Shown here in pieces: positions 36,641 through 48,552 of a stretch of DNA of 64,000 bases. Both the position numbers and the translations under genes were made by a program. The notes beneath the pieces are model-generated. The model saw only the letters and a list, made by a program, of their open reading frames with translations, did no database searches and had not been told where the DNA came from. This DNA is from Octopus sinensis (taxonomy: Eukaryota): assembly GCF_006345805.1 (NCBI RefSeq), contig NC_043021.1:25234001-25298000 (forward strand), given 5' to 3'. The first letter of the stretch is position 1; the number at the start of each line of letters is the position of its first letter.

Positions 36641-36877
36641 TTCGAAACGTTTAGTAGATGAACCTTAGTGACTGAAGAGGGGATTTTTCGTTGTGCTTAT
36701 TGTCCTGTATCTCTTTTTTTGCTTGTCTTGTTCCTTGGTTTGTGTCTATGTTTTTCGTCTCTCTATGTGTTCGACGTCTTTTTGGTGTCCTGTACACATA
36801 TATGCGTGTATATGTACATGTAGAGGTAGGTACGTACATATATGTTTATATATATGCATATGTTCTATTTTATTAAC

Positions 36878-36927
<50 letters not shown>

Positions 36928-37001
36928 TTATATATATACACACACACATATATATATATATATATTATATATATATATATATAGATAGATAGATAGATAT
37001 A

Positions 37002-37220
37002 CAAGGTGGGGTGCTGAAAAGTTCTTGGTTTTAAGAGTATGGTAAAAGGCCTGGTTGGAGACCCAACCTTTCTAGTTCTTTTACAGGGCTTAGAAAAAAT
37101 GAAGGACCACTGCAATAAGTGTGTGAATCTGAGAGGGGAATATGTTGAATAAAATCATAATTAACCAATCCTCCTATATTTTTTCCCCCAAAGCCAGGAA
37201 CTTCACAGCACCCCATCATG
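37002..37220 (+). mobile_element. Mariner-derived MITE, 219 bp
   Basis: TIRs CA(A/T)G(G/A)TGGGGTGCTG..AAGTTC with TA flanks at 37000-01 and 37221-22. It retains the mariner C-terminus [14 protein letters not shown]. Confidence 0.85.
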
Positions 37221-37246
37221 TATATAAATATACATACATGTGTGTG

Positions 37247-37290
<44 letters not shown>

Positions 37291-37576
37291 ATATATATAT
37301 ATGTATATATTATATATATATGTATATATTATATATATATATATGTATATATTTGTATATATATATATTTGTATACATATGTATATATTTTTATATATAT
37401 ATGTATATATATGTGTGTGTGTGTATGTATATTTATATACACACACACATGTATATTATCATCAGCATCATCATCATTTGATGTCCGTTTTGCATGCAAG
37501 CTGGGATTGGATAGTTTGACAGGAACTGGCCAGCCAGGAGACTGCACCAGGCTCTCCTGTCTGCTTTGTCTGTGCA

Positions 37577-37608
<32 letters not shown>

Positions 37609-37788
37609 TGTACACGTGTGTGTGCGTGTGGAGGAGAGAAAAGAGACAGAAAGAGAGGAGGAGAAAAAGGTAAGGAGAGAAAGAGAAAGATCTTATCATG
37701 TGTGACCATCCTTACGGAAGATCGTGGAGTGGAGAGGTCGACTACTTTTTAGTAAACAACACGCACACACACACTCACACACAGACAG

Positions 37789-37820
<32 letters not shown>

Positions 37821-38089
37821 GTATTGTCTCACATATGCCATAGTGATTTGCAAATCTCTGATTTAATTAAGACTATTTATGTAATTAGTAGACAAAAACT
37901 CCCTGTAGATGTGTTTAAAATCTAAAGCAGAAAGCAAGGGAAATAACTGCAATAACATCAAGGCATTGAATTTTGGCAGGGTCCATGAAAAGTGGACTTT
38001 CTCTTTAAAACCATTGAGTGAAAGCAATGGATATCTTTCAGAAAAGCATCTTCTGTTCGGTTGGCAAGACTAAGAAGTGATCAACATGT

Positions 38090-38124
<35 letters not shown>

Positions 38125-38415
38125 CACACCATATACATATATACACATCATATACTCTCTCTCTCTCTCTCTCTCACACACACATACACACACACACACA
38201 CATACACACACACACACACACATATATATATGTAAGGCAAATTTGCCTTATAAATTCTGGGTAAATTTCTGTTTTACCCCCACTCATACCTAGTATTCAA
38301 TTGTGATACCGTCCTGCAATAGAAAGCACTTGGTTAAAAATACGTAGGTATACATCCAGTAGTATATTGGATATTTATTATCCCTTAGATGGTTGCTTAA
38401 CCTCTAACTCATACA

Positions 38416-38448
<33 letters not shown>

Positions 38449-38450
<2 letters not shown>

Positions 38451-39075
38451 TAGCAGCTAAGCCTGGTTTCATCCAGTCTATTTGGATGATGTGGCTATGA
38501 TCATTTTCGTTTAGGCATAACCTATGACAGTGCTTCTCAACCTTATCCTTTCGGGTCCCCTGTTTCGATTGGAACCTCCCCCAGCTTCAGGAGATGTGAA
38601 GAAAGAATTTGTACATAGTCTGTTTCTGAGAGCTATTCTATTGAACCTCTGTCTAATCATTAAAATATTGATTTGAAATGTGTGTATGTATGTTTGTTTG
38701 CATGTGTGTGTGTGTGTGTGCATGTGTGCTTGCGCGTGTGTATGTGAGAGAGAAGAAGAGAGACAGTATAGCGAAAGTTTTGGCTGACTGTCATCCTGTA
38801 CTCCCCTTGTTGCTAGTGAAATGGTATATGCCGGCTGTCTGAGCAACTGGTTGTTTCAATGGCGGAACAAACAGGGGAATTCCATTAGAAGAAGTTTTAA
38901 TCAATTTTCTCAATAAGTATGGGGTCTAGGGAAATAATACAAACGGCATTCCAATCTATGCACCCATCTCCACATGTGTGCCATTTTTCATGTGAATCCA
39001 CGCAGCCGTTTGGCTGTGAACCTCAAGACAAGAAAGAATACAACGATCGCCCATGTCCAATTTATATTATAGATT
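38449..39075 (+). mobile_element. Non-autonomous Helitron/Helentron-like (HINE/DINE-type) element
   Basis: The 5' end ACTAGCAGCTAAGCCTGGTTTCATCCAG follows (TA)n. The 3' end TTTCATGTGAATCCACGCAGCCGTTTGGCTGTGAAC...TTTATATTATAGATT matches the typical layout of these families as I recall it. Confidence 0.5.
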
Positions 39076-39752
39076 AGAATCAGAATCAAAATCAAAATCG
39101 AAATCGATCAGCATCAATGGAAATTGTAGCTGTGATACCAGCGCCGGTGGCATGTAAGAGAACCATCCAAACGTGGACATTGCCAGCACCGCCCCGACTG
39201 GCCTCCGTGCCAGTGGGATGTAAAAAGCACCATCCGATTGTGGCCGTAAAAAGCACCCACTACACTCACGGAGTGGTTGGCGTTAGGAAGGGCATCCAGC
39301 TGTAGAAACATTGCTAGATCAGACTGGGCCTGGTGCAGCCTTCTGGCTTCCCAGACCCCAGTTGAACCGTCCAACCCATGCTAACATGGAAAGCAGACGC
39401 TAAACGATGATGATGATGATGATGATGATGATTATTCATCATGCTGGGCTGCTGAAATCTACAAGTTTTTTTCTCTCTCTCTGCTTATTTTCTTCTATTC
39501 CTTTCTGTTGAAGGCTCCAAACATGAAAGACGTGTTCATTTTTCCTGAGCGTCAAACAAATACACTTACCTGTAGTTCATACACCTGTCTTTGTCTTTTG
39601 CTTTTCCATAAATTTCAGATATATATATATATATATATTGTTGTATTTCGGAATGGTCATTTTGCCAGTTTAGCCAATAAAAACACACACACTATATATT
39701 TGGTGTTATTTTGCTTCACCGTTATTTATTTTTTACATTAATCTTAATCTTA

Positions 39753-39804
39753 TTTCGGCCAGAGTTCTTTTGTTACACTCCTGTGACCTCATCAGTGGTC
39801 CTTT
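39753..39804 (-). ncRNA. Hammerhead ribozyme core relic
   Basis: Minus strand AAAGGACCA-CTGATGA-GGTCA...TGGCC-GAAA: canonical core and a 5-bp stem II. Stem III and the stem I partner are missing. Confidence 0.45.
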
Positions 39805-39970
39805 GTCTTCTTCTTTCTTATTTGTGTGTCTCTCCTTACTAACCATCAGCCATTTTGTAACGAAAGAACTCACATAAAAAATCTTGCACAACAAATATAT
39901 ATATATGTGTGTGTGTGTGTGTGTACATACATACATGAATACATACATATATATATGTATATGTGTGTGT

Positions 39971-41578
39971 ATCATCATCATCGTTTAACGTCCGCTTTCC
40001 ATGCTAGCATGGGTTGGCCGGTTCAACTGGGGTCTGGCAAGCCCGAAGGCTACACCAGGCCCAGTCTGATCTGGCAGTGTTTCTACAGCTGGATGCCCTT
40101 CCTAACGCCAACCACTCCGAGAGTGTAGTGGGTGATTTTATGTGTCACCGACACAGGTGCCAGACGAGGCTGGCAGACGGCCACGCTCGGATGGTGTTTT
40201 TTATGTGCCACCGACACAGGTGCCAGACGAGGCTGGCAGACGGCCACGCTCGGATGGTGTTTTTTATGTGCCACTGACACAGGTGCCAGACGAGGCTGGC
40301 AGATGGCCACCCTCGGATATGGTGTTTTTGGTGTTTTTCTTATGTGCCACTGACACAGGTGCCAGACGAGGCTGGCGAACGGCTATGATCGGATGGTGTT
40401 TGTTACGTGCCTACGGCACAGAGGCCAGTCGATGCGGTACTGGCTACGGTCCCGTTCGGATGGTTTTCTTATGTGCCACCGGCACTGGTACCACAAGGAT
40501 ACAAATTCCATTGATGTTCATCTATTTTGATTTGGTTTGACTTAATTCGATTTGACTTTGATTTGATTTGCCTCAACAGGTCTTCACAAGTGTCACAAGC
40601 AGGAAGGTATGCACAGGTGGACTGACTACGTCCCAGGTAGGGGCCATGGGTTATGGCTTCACTAGTCTTGCCGGGTCTTCTCGCGCACAGCATACTTCCA
40701 TAGGTCTCGGTCTCTAGTCATTTCCATGGTGAGACCTAACTTTCGAAGGTCGTGCTTCACCACCTTGTTCCAGGTTTTCCTGGGTCTACCTCTTCCACGG
40801 GTTCCCTCAACTGCTAGGGATTGGCACTTTCTCACACACCTATCTTCATCCATTCTTGCCACATGACCATACCAGCGCAATCGTCTCTCTTGCACGCAGC
40901 AACTGATGCTTCTTAGGTACAACATTTCTCTCAGGGAACTAACGCTCTGTCGAGTAAGTACACTGACATTACACATCCATCGGAGCATACTGGCTTCATT
41001 CCTCATGAGCTTACGCATGTCCTCAGCAGTCACGGCCCATGTTTCACTGCCATGTAGCATGGCAGTTCGAACACATGCATCATACAGTCTGCCCTTTACT
41101 CTGAGCGAGAGGCCTTTAGTCACCAGCAGAGGTAAGAGCTCCCTAAACTTTGCCCAGGCTATTCTTATTCTAGCAGTTACACTCTCAGCGCACACCACCC
41201 ACTACTGACTTTATCACCTAGATAACGGAAGCTATCAACTACTTCTAATTTTTCCCCCTGGAAAGTGACGGAAGTTGTTTTCTGCAGATTTTCGGAGGTT
41301 AATGCTCCTGAGCATCTGCCACATACAAAAAACTATCTTCCCAGTTAGCCTACCTTTGACATTGCTGCACCTCTTATGTGTCCATAGCTTACACTGGGTA
41401 CATCTTATAGAGTTTCTACCTACACCTTTTCTACAGATCGAGCAGGGCCATCTTCCTGAGGACATTTGTGGATTGCCTACCTTTCTACTTATTAGTACTT
41501 TGGTTTTAGCTAGGTTGACTCTAAGGCCCCTCGATTCTAAACCCTCCTTCCACACCTGGAACTTCTCCTCCAGTTCTG
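39971..41578 (-). mobile_element. 5'-truncated PHD-RTE LINE (subfamily A) with an expanded 63-bp 3' UTR array
   Basis: The coding part is highly similar to 6530-7440. PHD at 41312-41444 with a 1-nt frameshift. Array at ~40140-40490. (ATC)4 tail at 39971-39982. Confidence 0.93.
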
Positions 41579-42196
41579 GATGATGATGATGATGATAATA
41601 AGTTCCAAAATTTAAATGGAAACACAACAAAGGAACAAATGGAAAACACACACACTATACAGGTGTTAATTACTCATCAGTTATCATCCGAAAGACCATT
41701 ACAATTTCACACCTGTAACGATAATATTGTTCACTTGTGGTGGTGCTCCAGCATGGCCACAGCTGCATGGCTGAAACAAATTTAAAAAAATAAAAGAAAG
41801 AAACTGCTGAGAAGAGTGATGAAAACAAACCTGACACAAAGGTGAGTCTAGAAACAAAACAGACAAGATCCGAACCAGCGACAATTTTCAGGACTCAATA
41901 GAAATGAATTCTTTAAAACAGTTTAACTGAAAGTCTCCAGTTTCCATTTGTCAGAGTTACTTCTTCCTGATCATCGGCCGGCAAACAGCGAATATTTCAG
42001 AAGAAAAGCCAGCTTGGTTGTTCCAATGGCTGTCTGGAAATGAGTAAATCCGAGAACTGGATATTGGAGTCTTTCAGTTAGAAGTGGCTGTGTGGTCGAG
42101 AAGTTGCTTCCCAGTCATGCCATCACAGGTTCACTCCCTCTGTGCAGCACGGAAAGAAGCTTGTCATATCTATCTATCTGTCTATCTCTCTCTCTC

Positions 42197-42321
<125 letters not shown>

Positions 42322-42340
42322 ATATATATATATATATATA

Positions 42341-42926
42341 GAATGGTTGTATACTGTCAATCTAACGTGACAGTAGGGGAATACACCATCGCCCCACCAC
42401 CGTACATATCTCCATGAGATATTTAGAAATTTAATATTTCTGATATATATATATATATATATAATCAAGATGCAGAATTGGCATACTCCGAATGAATAAG
42501 GTGATGTAATGCAATGGTAGAAAGAAATCTGCGAATTAGGTACTCCAAAGTGAATCAGAAGGATGGGAGACCCATGTAAACATGTGGTAAATGGTTAATT
42601 AAAACATGGAGAAAAAAAGGCAAGAAAAAAACAACATGAGAACATATGACATGTAAAGTGTTAATGAGATGCTCAGAGATGGAAAGAAAGAATGGTTGTT
42701 TTACATTTCAAGCATAGCTCTTCTTTGGAAAATGGAGATGTTGGCAATTTTTTCCACCTACTTCCTTTTCTTTTGGACTTTGCTTTGTCCGCTGTTTCTG
42801 AAGAAGAGCTATGCTCGAAATGTAAACCAACCACTCTTTCTGTCCTTCTCTGAGCATCTCATTAACACTTTGCATGTAATATGTACTCATGTTTTTTCTT
42901 GTCTGTTTTTCCATTTTCTACTTAGC

Positions 42927-42982
<56 letters not shown>

Positions 42983-43563
42983 GTTGTATACTGTCAATCT
43001 AACGTGACAGTAGGGGAATACACCATCGCCCCACCACCGTACATATCTCCATGAGATATTTAGAAATTTAATATTTCTGATATATATATATATATATATA
43101 ATCAAGATGCAGAAATGGCATACTCCGAATGAATAAGGTGATGTAATGCAATGGTAGAAAGAAATCTGCGAATTAGGTACTCCAAAGTGAATCAGAAGGA
43201 TGGGAGACCCATGTAAACATGTGGTAAATGGTTAATTAAAACATGGAGAAAAAAAGGCAAGAAAAAAACAACATGAGAACATATTACATGCAAAGTGTTA
43301 ATGAGATGCTCAGAGATGGAAAGAAAGAATGGTTGTTTTACATTTCAAGCATAGCTCTTCTTTGGAAAATGGAGATGTTGGCAATTTTTTCCACCTACTT
43401 CCTTTTCTTTTGGACTTTGCTTTGTCCGCTGTTTCTGAAGAAGAGCTATGCTCGAAATGTAAACCAACCACTCTTTCTGTCCTTCTCTGAGCATCTCATT
43501 AACACTTTGCATGTAATATGTACTCATGTTTTTTCTTGTCTGTTTTCTCCATTTTCTACTTAG

Positions 43564-43566
<3 letters not shown>
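42341..43566. repeat. Tandem duplication with a 637-bp period, units separated by (TA)n
   Basis: GAATGGTTGTATACTGTC starts at 42341 and at 42978. Only a few differences were seen. Confidence 0.95.
42604..42920. mobile_element. MITE-like inverted-repeat element (~120-bp arms), duplicated at 43241-43557
   Basis: Arms ~42604-42726 and ~42803-42920 are reverse complements. Both strands translate to MQSVNEMLR-like peptides. Confidence 0.75.
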
Positions 43567-43601
<35 letters not shown>

Positions 43602-43951
43602 TCATCATCATCATCGTTCAACGTCCGCTTTCCATGCTAGCATGGGTTGGACGATTTTGTCTGAGGGATGGCAAACCAGATGGCTGCACCAGGCTCCAAT
43701 CTTGATTTGGCAGAGTTTCCACAGCTGGATGCCCTTACTAACACCAACCACTCCGAGAGTGTAGTGGGTGCTTTTTACATGCCACCAACACGGGGGCCAG
43801 TCAGGCGGTACTGGCAACGCCCTCGCTCGAATATTTTTACACATGCCGCCAGCACAGGTGCCAGTAAGGCGACTTTGGTAACGATCACACTCGAATGGTG
43901 CCTTTTATGTGCCACTGGCACGGAAGCCAGTTGGCTGCTCTGGCAACGATC

Positions 43952-44007
<56 letters not shown>

Positions 44008-44214
44008 TTCACACATATGTATACAAGTGTGTATATGTGGGTGGGTGTTTGTGTGTAGAATAATCGTGCATTGTATTTTGAATCATGACACCACATCACA
44101 CCACAAATGGTTCTTACAAGCCAATAAAAGGTGTCCTTGCATCAACCATTCAACACAGATTCAAAGACCAAAACTTAATGGAGGACTCAATACATGTGTG
44201 TGTGCATGCATGTG

Positions 44215-44267
<53 letters not shown>

Positions 44268-44419
44268 ATCTGATGACCCTTGGAAGACTATAACTTTAGT
44301 GAACTGCATATTTGGCATTGCATGCTTTAGGAATTTTGTAAGGAAAGGCCTATGTGTGGTATATTCTGATGTTGAGTGTTTGGAAATGCCAGAGGTGGTT
44401 TAGCAAGTTCAAAAGTAGG

Positions 44420-44930
44420 GATTTCGATCTTTTGGATGGGAACTGATCAGGAAAACTGTTCCCAATAACAATATAAAATAAAAAGAGCAACTGAAGGGGA
44501 TTCACAGCAAAGTATTGGGGGTCTTATCCCAAACGCTTTATAAGCTTTGGTTCACTGTGCTTTGGTTCACTCAGCCGATTGAGAAAGTGTATAGAGAAGG
44601 GAATTGGGTACCTCATGAACTCTACTCTGAAAATAAAGTGGTATGTTCTACAAGATGACCGCTCAAAAAGATAAATTCATTTGGGAGGGAAGCCCTGCCT
44701 CATCCTTCTTACTCACCAGACCTAGCACCATCAGATTTTCCTCTATTCAGGTTCCTTCAACACTTTATCAATGGATAAATATTTAGAATCAGAGATGTCA
44801 AAAGGGTACTCCAAACATTTTCCTCTTCAAAAGAGCATAATTTTCCTTTTCCTAAGGAATCAGAAAACTGGTTTTGAGATGGGAAAATGGGTTTTTCTAA
44901 CAATGGTAATCCTTATTTGGGAAGAAGAAA
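44420..44930 (+). mobile_element. Possible L1/Tx1 RT C-terminal relic
   Basis: Only weak motif echoes (KYWG, KFIWEG). Confidence 0.3.
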
Positions 44931-45429
44931 TATATCTATGATATGTTTTATACTAATTTGTACTCTTTACATGAAATACCAGAGACGACTTTTCCTCATC
45001 ATTTAACATCCATTTTCCATGCTTGCATGGGTTAGATGGTTTGACGAGAGGTGGTCAGCTGGAGAGCTGCTACACCAGGCACCAGTTGTCTGCTTTGGCA
45101 TGGCTTCTGCAGCTGAATGCCTTTCATAACACCAACCACTTTACAGAGTGTCTGCTGGGTGCTTTTACGTGGCATTGGCACTTTCTACATGACTCTGGTA
45201 CAGGTACTTTTTTTGTGACATGAGTTAGTGTGGTTACCAAGTGGCTAGCAGGACAAAGACATCTCAGCTGAGAGAGGGAAAGAAACCAAAAAAGTGGCCA
45301 AGTGCTAGGCAAGAAGTAGGAGTATGACAGAAAGTCAAGGATAGATGTCATACTACAGAGGAGACACTCATTTGACCCAGGTCCTGGCCCTTACGCCTAG
45401 ACTACAGACATGTAGTGCACACTTGTTAG

Positions 45430-45990
45430 ATTTTCGTTTTCATGCAAGACAAGCAAATGCATTGAGCAGAGACCATAAACCCATATATGATCACTAGTGA
45501 TGATGGTCTTCATGAAGTATGGGTTATGGTTTGCACAATCCAGCATGTCCTGAATGATTTCCATGCAGAGTTGCTTCTGCTGCTCTGCCAGCACCTTGGA
45601 GATGAATTTTACTGACACTCTCCGCATGCACAAATCCTCCCTTCAAATGGAAAGCACTGTTCCTGTACATATTCCCACTTTGTAAGCAATTTCCTGGATT
45701 GTTACACGACAGTCTTCCATGACTGTTCATCAAATCTTCTCAATTGCCTCCTCATTTCAGCTTGTCGATGGCTTTCCTAAGCATGCCTCACTCTCCATTG
45801 AGAAGCAGCCAAGTTTGAAGTGGTTGTACCACTCCTTGATCAGAGTTTTGCCCATGGTGTCATCACCCAAGGCCTGCTGAATTTTCTGGATAGTTTCAGC
45901 TTGAGTATCACGAAACTTTTGGCAAAACTGATGCAATATCTCTGCTCAATGCGTTTGGTGAAAAGGAAAGTCCAGTGAGGATGCAGACTA
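45430..45990 (-). mobile_element. Mariner transposase fragment (N-terminal HTH to first catalytic Asp)
   Basis: EQRYCI..., EW..HFK.G, TIQEIAYKVGI and MRRVSVKFISKVLAEQQKQL...IITSDHIWVY match the mariner WVPHxL and TGDETW motifs. Confidence 0.8.
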
Positions 45991-46555
45991 CATGTCTGTA
46001 CTCTAGGCGTAACAGCCAGGAACTGATGTAGCCTACTGTGTATTTGGTGCTTTTTATGTGACATCAGCCCCTATTCTATTTACATGACACCAGATAGTTA
46101 TAGACCCACTCTGCTGACCAATACATCAATGCCTTTTTTTTTACAGACTAATGGATCCTTAAATGACTATACATACATGCACACATACATACTATGTATA
46201 TATATATATATATATATCTCACGGAGTGGTTGGCGTTAGGAAGGGCATCCAGCTGTAGAAACACTGCCAGATAAGACTGGAGCCTGGTGCAGCCTTCTGG
46301 CTTCCCAGATCCTCGGTCGAACCGTCCAACCCATGCTAGCATGGAGAATGGACGTTAAACGATGATGATGATGATGATGATGATATATATATATATATAT
46401 ATGCATATGTATATATAGTTGGAATTTATAAAAAAACGAAAGATGAAGACAGGTGTGTAAACAACATGTATGTATGTATGTATGCATGCTCACACAACAT
46501 ATATATATATATATAATATATATATATATATGTGTGTGTGTGGTGTGTGTGTGTG

Positions 46556-46586
<31 letters not shown>

Positions 46587-46632
46587 ATATATATAATATA
46601 TATAATATATATATAATATATATATAATAATA

Positions 46633-46664
<32 letters not shown>

Positions 46665-47800
46665 CATACATATACATGTATGTATGCACCGCACACACAC
46701 ATATATATGTATGTATGTTTTTATGATGTATAAATCCTGAATAAAGTCTTAATTTCCTTTTCTGCTAGGTTATTATTAACTCTGCTGCTAACACCTTTAG
46801 GAAAGGTATGAGTATCACCACTTCACATTTCTTGTCATTGAGAATTAAAACATAATTGGTCAGCTATGAGGAGTGTAGGTTGTGTTGCTGGGGTGAGATG
46901 TTATAAGGCTCAGCAGGGCAAATGATATCACTGGAAAATTGTAATAGCCAGCTCGTTTCCTCCAACTTAACTGCAGCCAAGGGAAAGGACCAGTCAATAA
47001 TGTGTGTGTCTGTGGGTGCTTTACGTAATTATCTGACCTGCTAGAAATAGTAGTCAAATCGACCTCAAATTACACCCTACAGTTTAACACTCTGGATATT
47101 TGTTGGTGGTGAAAGAACAAGGCTGGGACGAATTGGATTAAAGGCCTGCAGATTAGGAATCACATTGAGCAAATCCACAAGAAAAATCCGGACTTGCCAA
47201 CAAGGGATCTTCCATATAGTCGATCGATTGACAAGACACAGCAGTCGAAACTCAGGTTAAAATGCATTCTGCTTAAAGAAAAATGAAGGCACATTTGCAT
47301 ATGTAGTCCTAAAGAGATTGTCTGAAAAGCTGGAAAAAATTAATAAAGACCGGTTGGTCACGTCGGAATGTCTTTGATCATAGGTCTGCTTAGAGTTTGC
47401 TTGACACTAGGAAAATTAGCAGCTTCATGGGACAGGGGAGAAACAAAAAAAAAAAAAAAAGACTATTGTAAAAGTGGAAGAGGACTAGGATGTATTTATT
47501 AGTATTATTGGTAGTAATTTTAATTTGGCTCTCACTGGGTATTGAGCTCGAAATCCCCGCCACCCTGGCTCCACAACAATCTTCACGCCGTTGGCTTCAT
47601 CATAATTATTCCTCAAATCCATTCATTTAATCGATCCAACAAAAAAGAAAAAAATTTCTGACTCCAACAAAAATCAATCATACAACTACTATTACTACTG
47701 CTGCTACTACAACAACGACACCACCACCACTATTACTACTATTACTACTATTAGTACAGCTACAGCCACCACAACTACTATTACTACTGTAGCTGCTGCT

Positions 47801-48157
47801 TGTTTGTTTGTTTGTTTGTTGAGCGAAGCGGTCTTCGTCCTTAGTGGGAGAAGTCCGAAACGTGGTCCTTTGCTATTCCTAAGACCCGCAGAAGAGAAAG
47901 CAGGTCAACCCTCGACACCGAGAGCATCGACGAATGGATGAATGCGCATCCAGGCTCAGCGGTTGCGTAGGAAGTCGGGGACAAGAAACAGGAAGAAAGA
48001 GTGAGAGAAAGTCGGAGTGAAAGAGTACAACAGGGGTCGCCACCACCCCCTGCCGGAGCCTCGTGGAGCTTTAAGTGTTTTCACTCAATAAACACACACA
48101 ACGCCCGGTCTGGGAATCGAAACCGCGATCCTCCGACCACTGGGCCATTGCGCCTCC
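47801..48157 (-). mobile_element. tRNA-derived SINE (third family) with (AAAC)n tail and a deletion in the tRNA-like head
   Basis: Homologous to 36095-36313. The segment between TGGT and CG(G/T)AGGATC is missing. Confidence 0.8.
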
Positions 48158-48486
48158 ACTGTAGCTGCTGCTACTACTACAATGACAGCCACCACCGCTA
48201 CTACTATTACAGCTATCACTGCCACCACCACCACCACCCTATTGCCCGCTAACCACTGACCTATCATCTTATTTAATAAAACATCTGCCAAACCTCGTTG
48301 AAGGAATAACATTTAATGTAAGTATATTAGAGAGTGTGTGTGTCTATGCCATATTACATATGTAGTAATATTACACATAATTATAAGTATATATACATGT
48401 ATCTGTATACCTACAGCTTGATATATATATATATATACACATATTATATATATATATACACACATATTATATATATATACACACAC

Positions 48487-48552
<66 letters not shown>

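Noticed and set aside
36640-36690. CGAAACGTTT and CTGAAGAG hammerhead-like words
   Set aside because: They are in the wrong order and lack pairing stems.
40140-40490. Repeat-and-variable-spacer appearance suggesting a CRISPR array
   Set aside because: The variable parts are homologous to each other, the array sits in a LINE 3' UTR of a eukaryote, and there are no cas genes.
47835-47880. GGA-GAAG-TCC-GAAAC hammerhead-like half motif
   Set aside because: There is no CTGANGA upstream (CTTAGTG instead), and it lies within the SINE 3' region.
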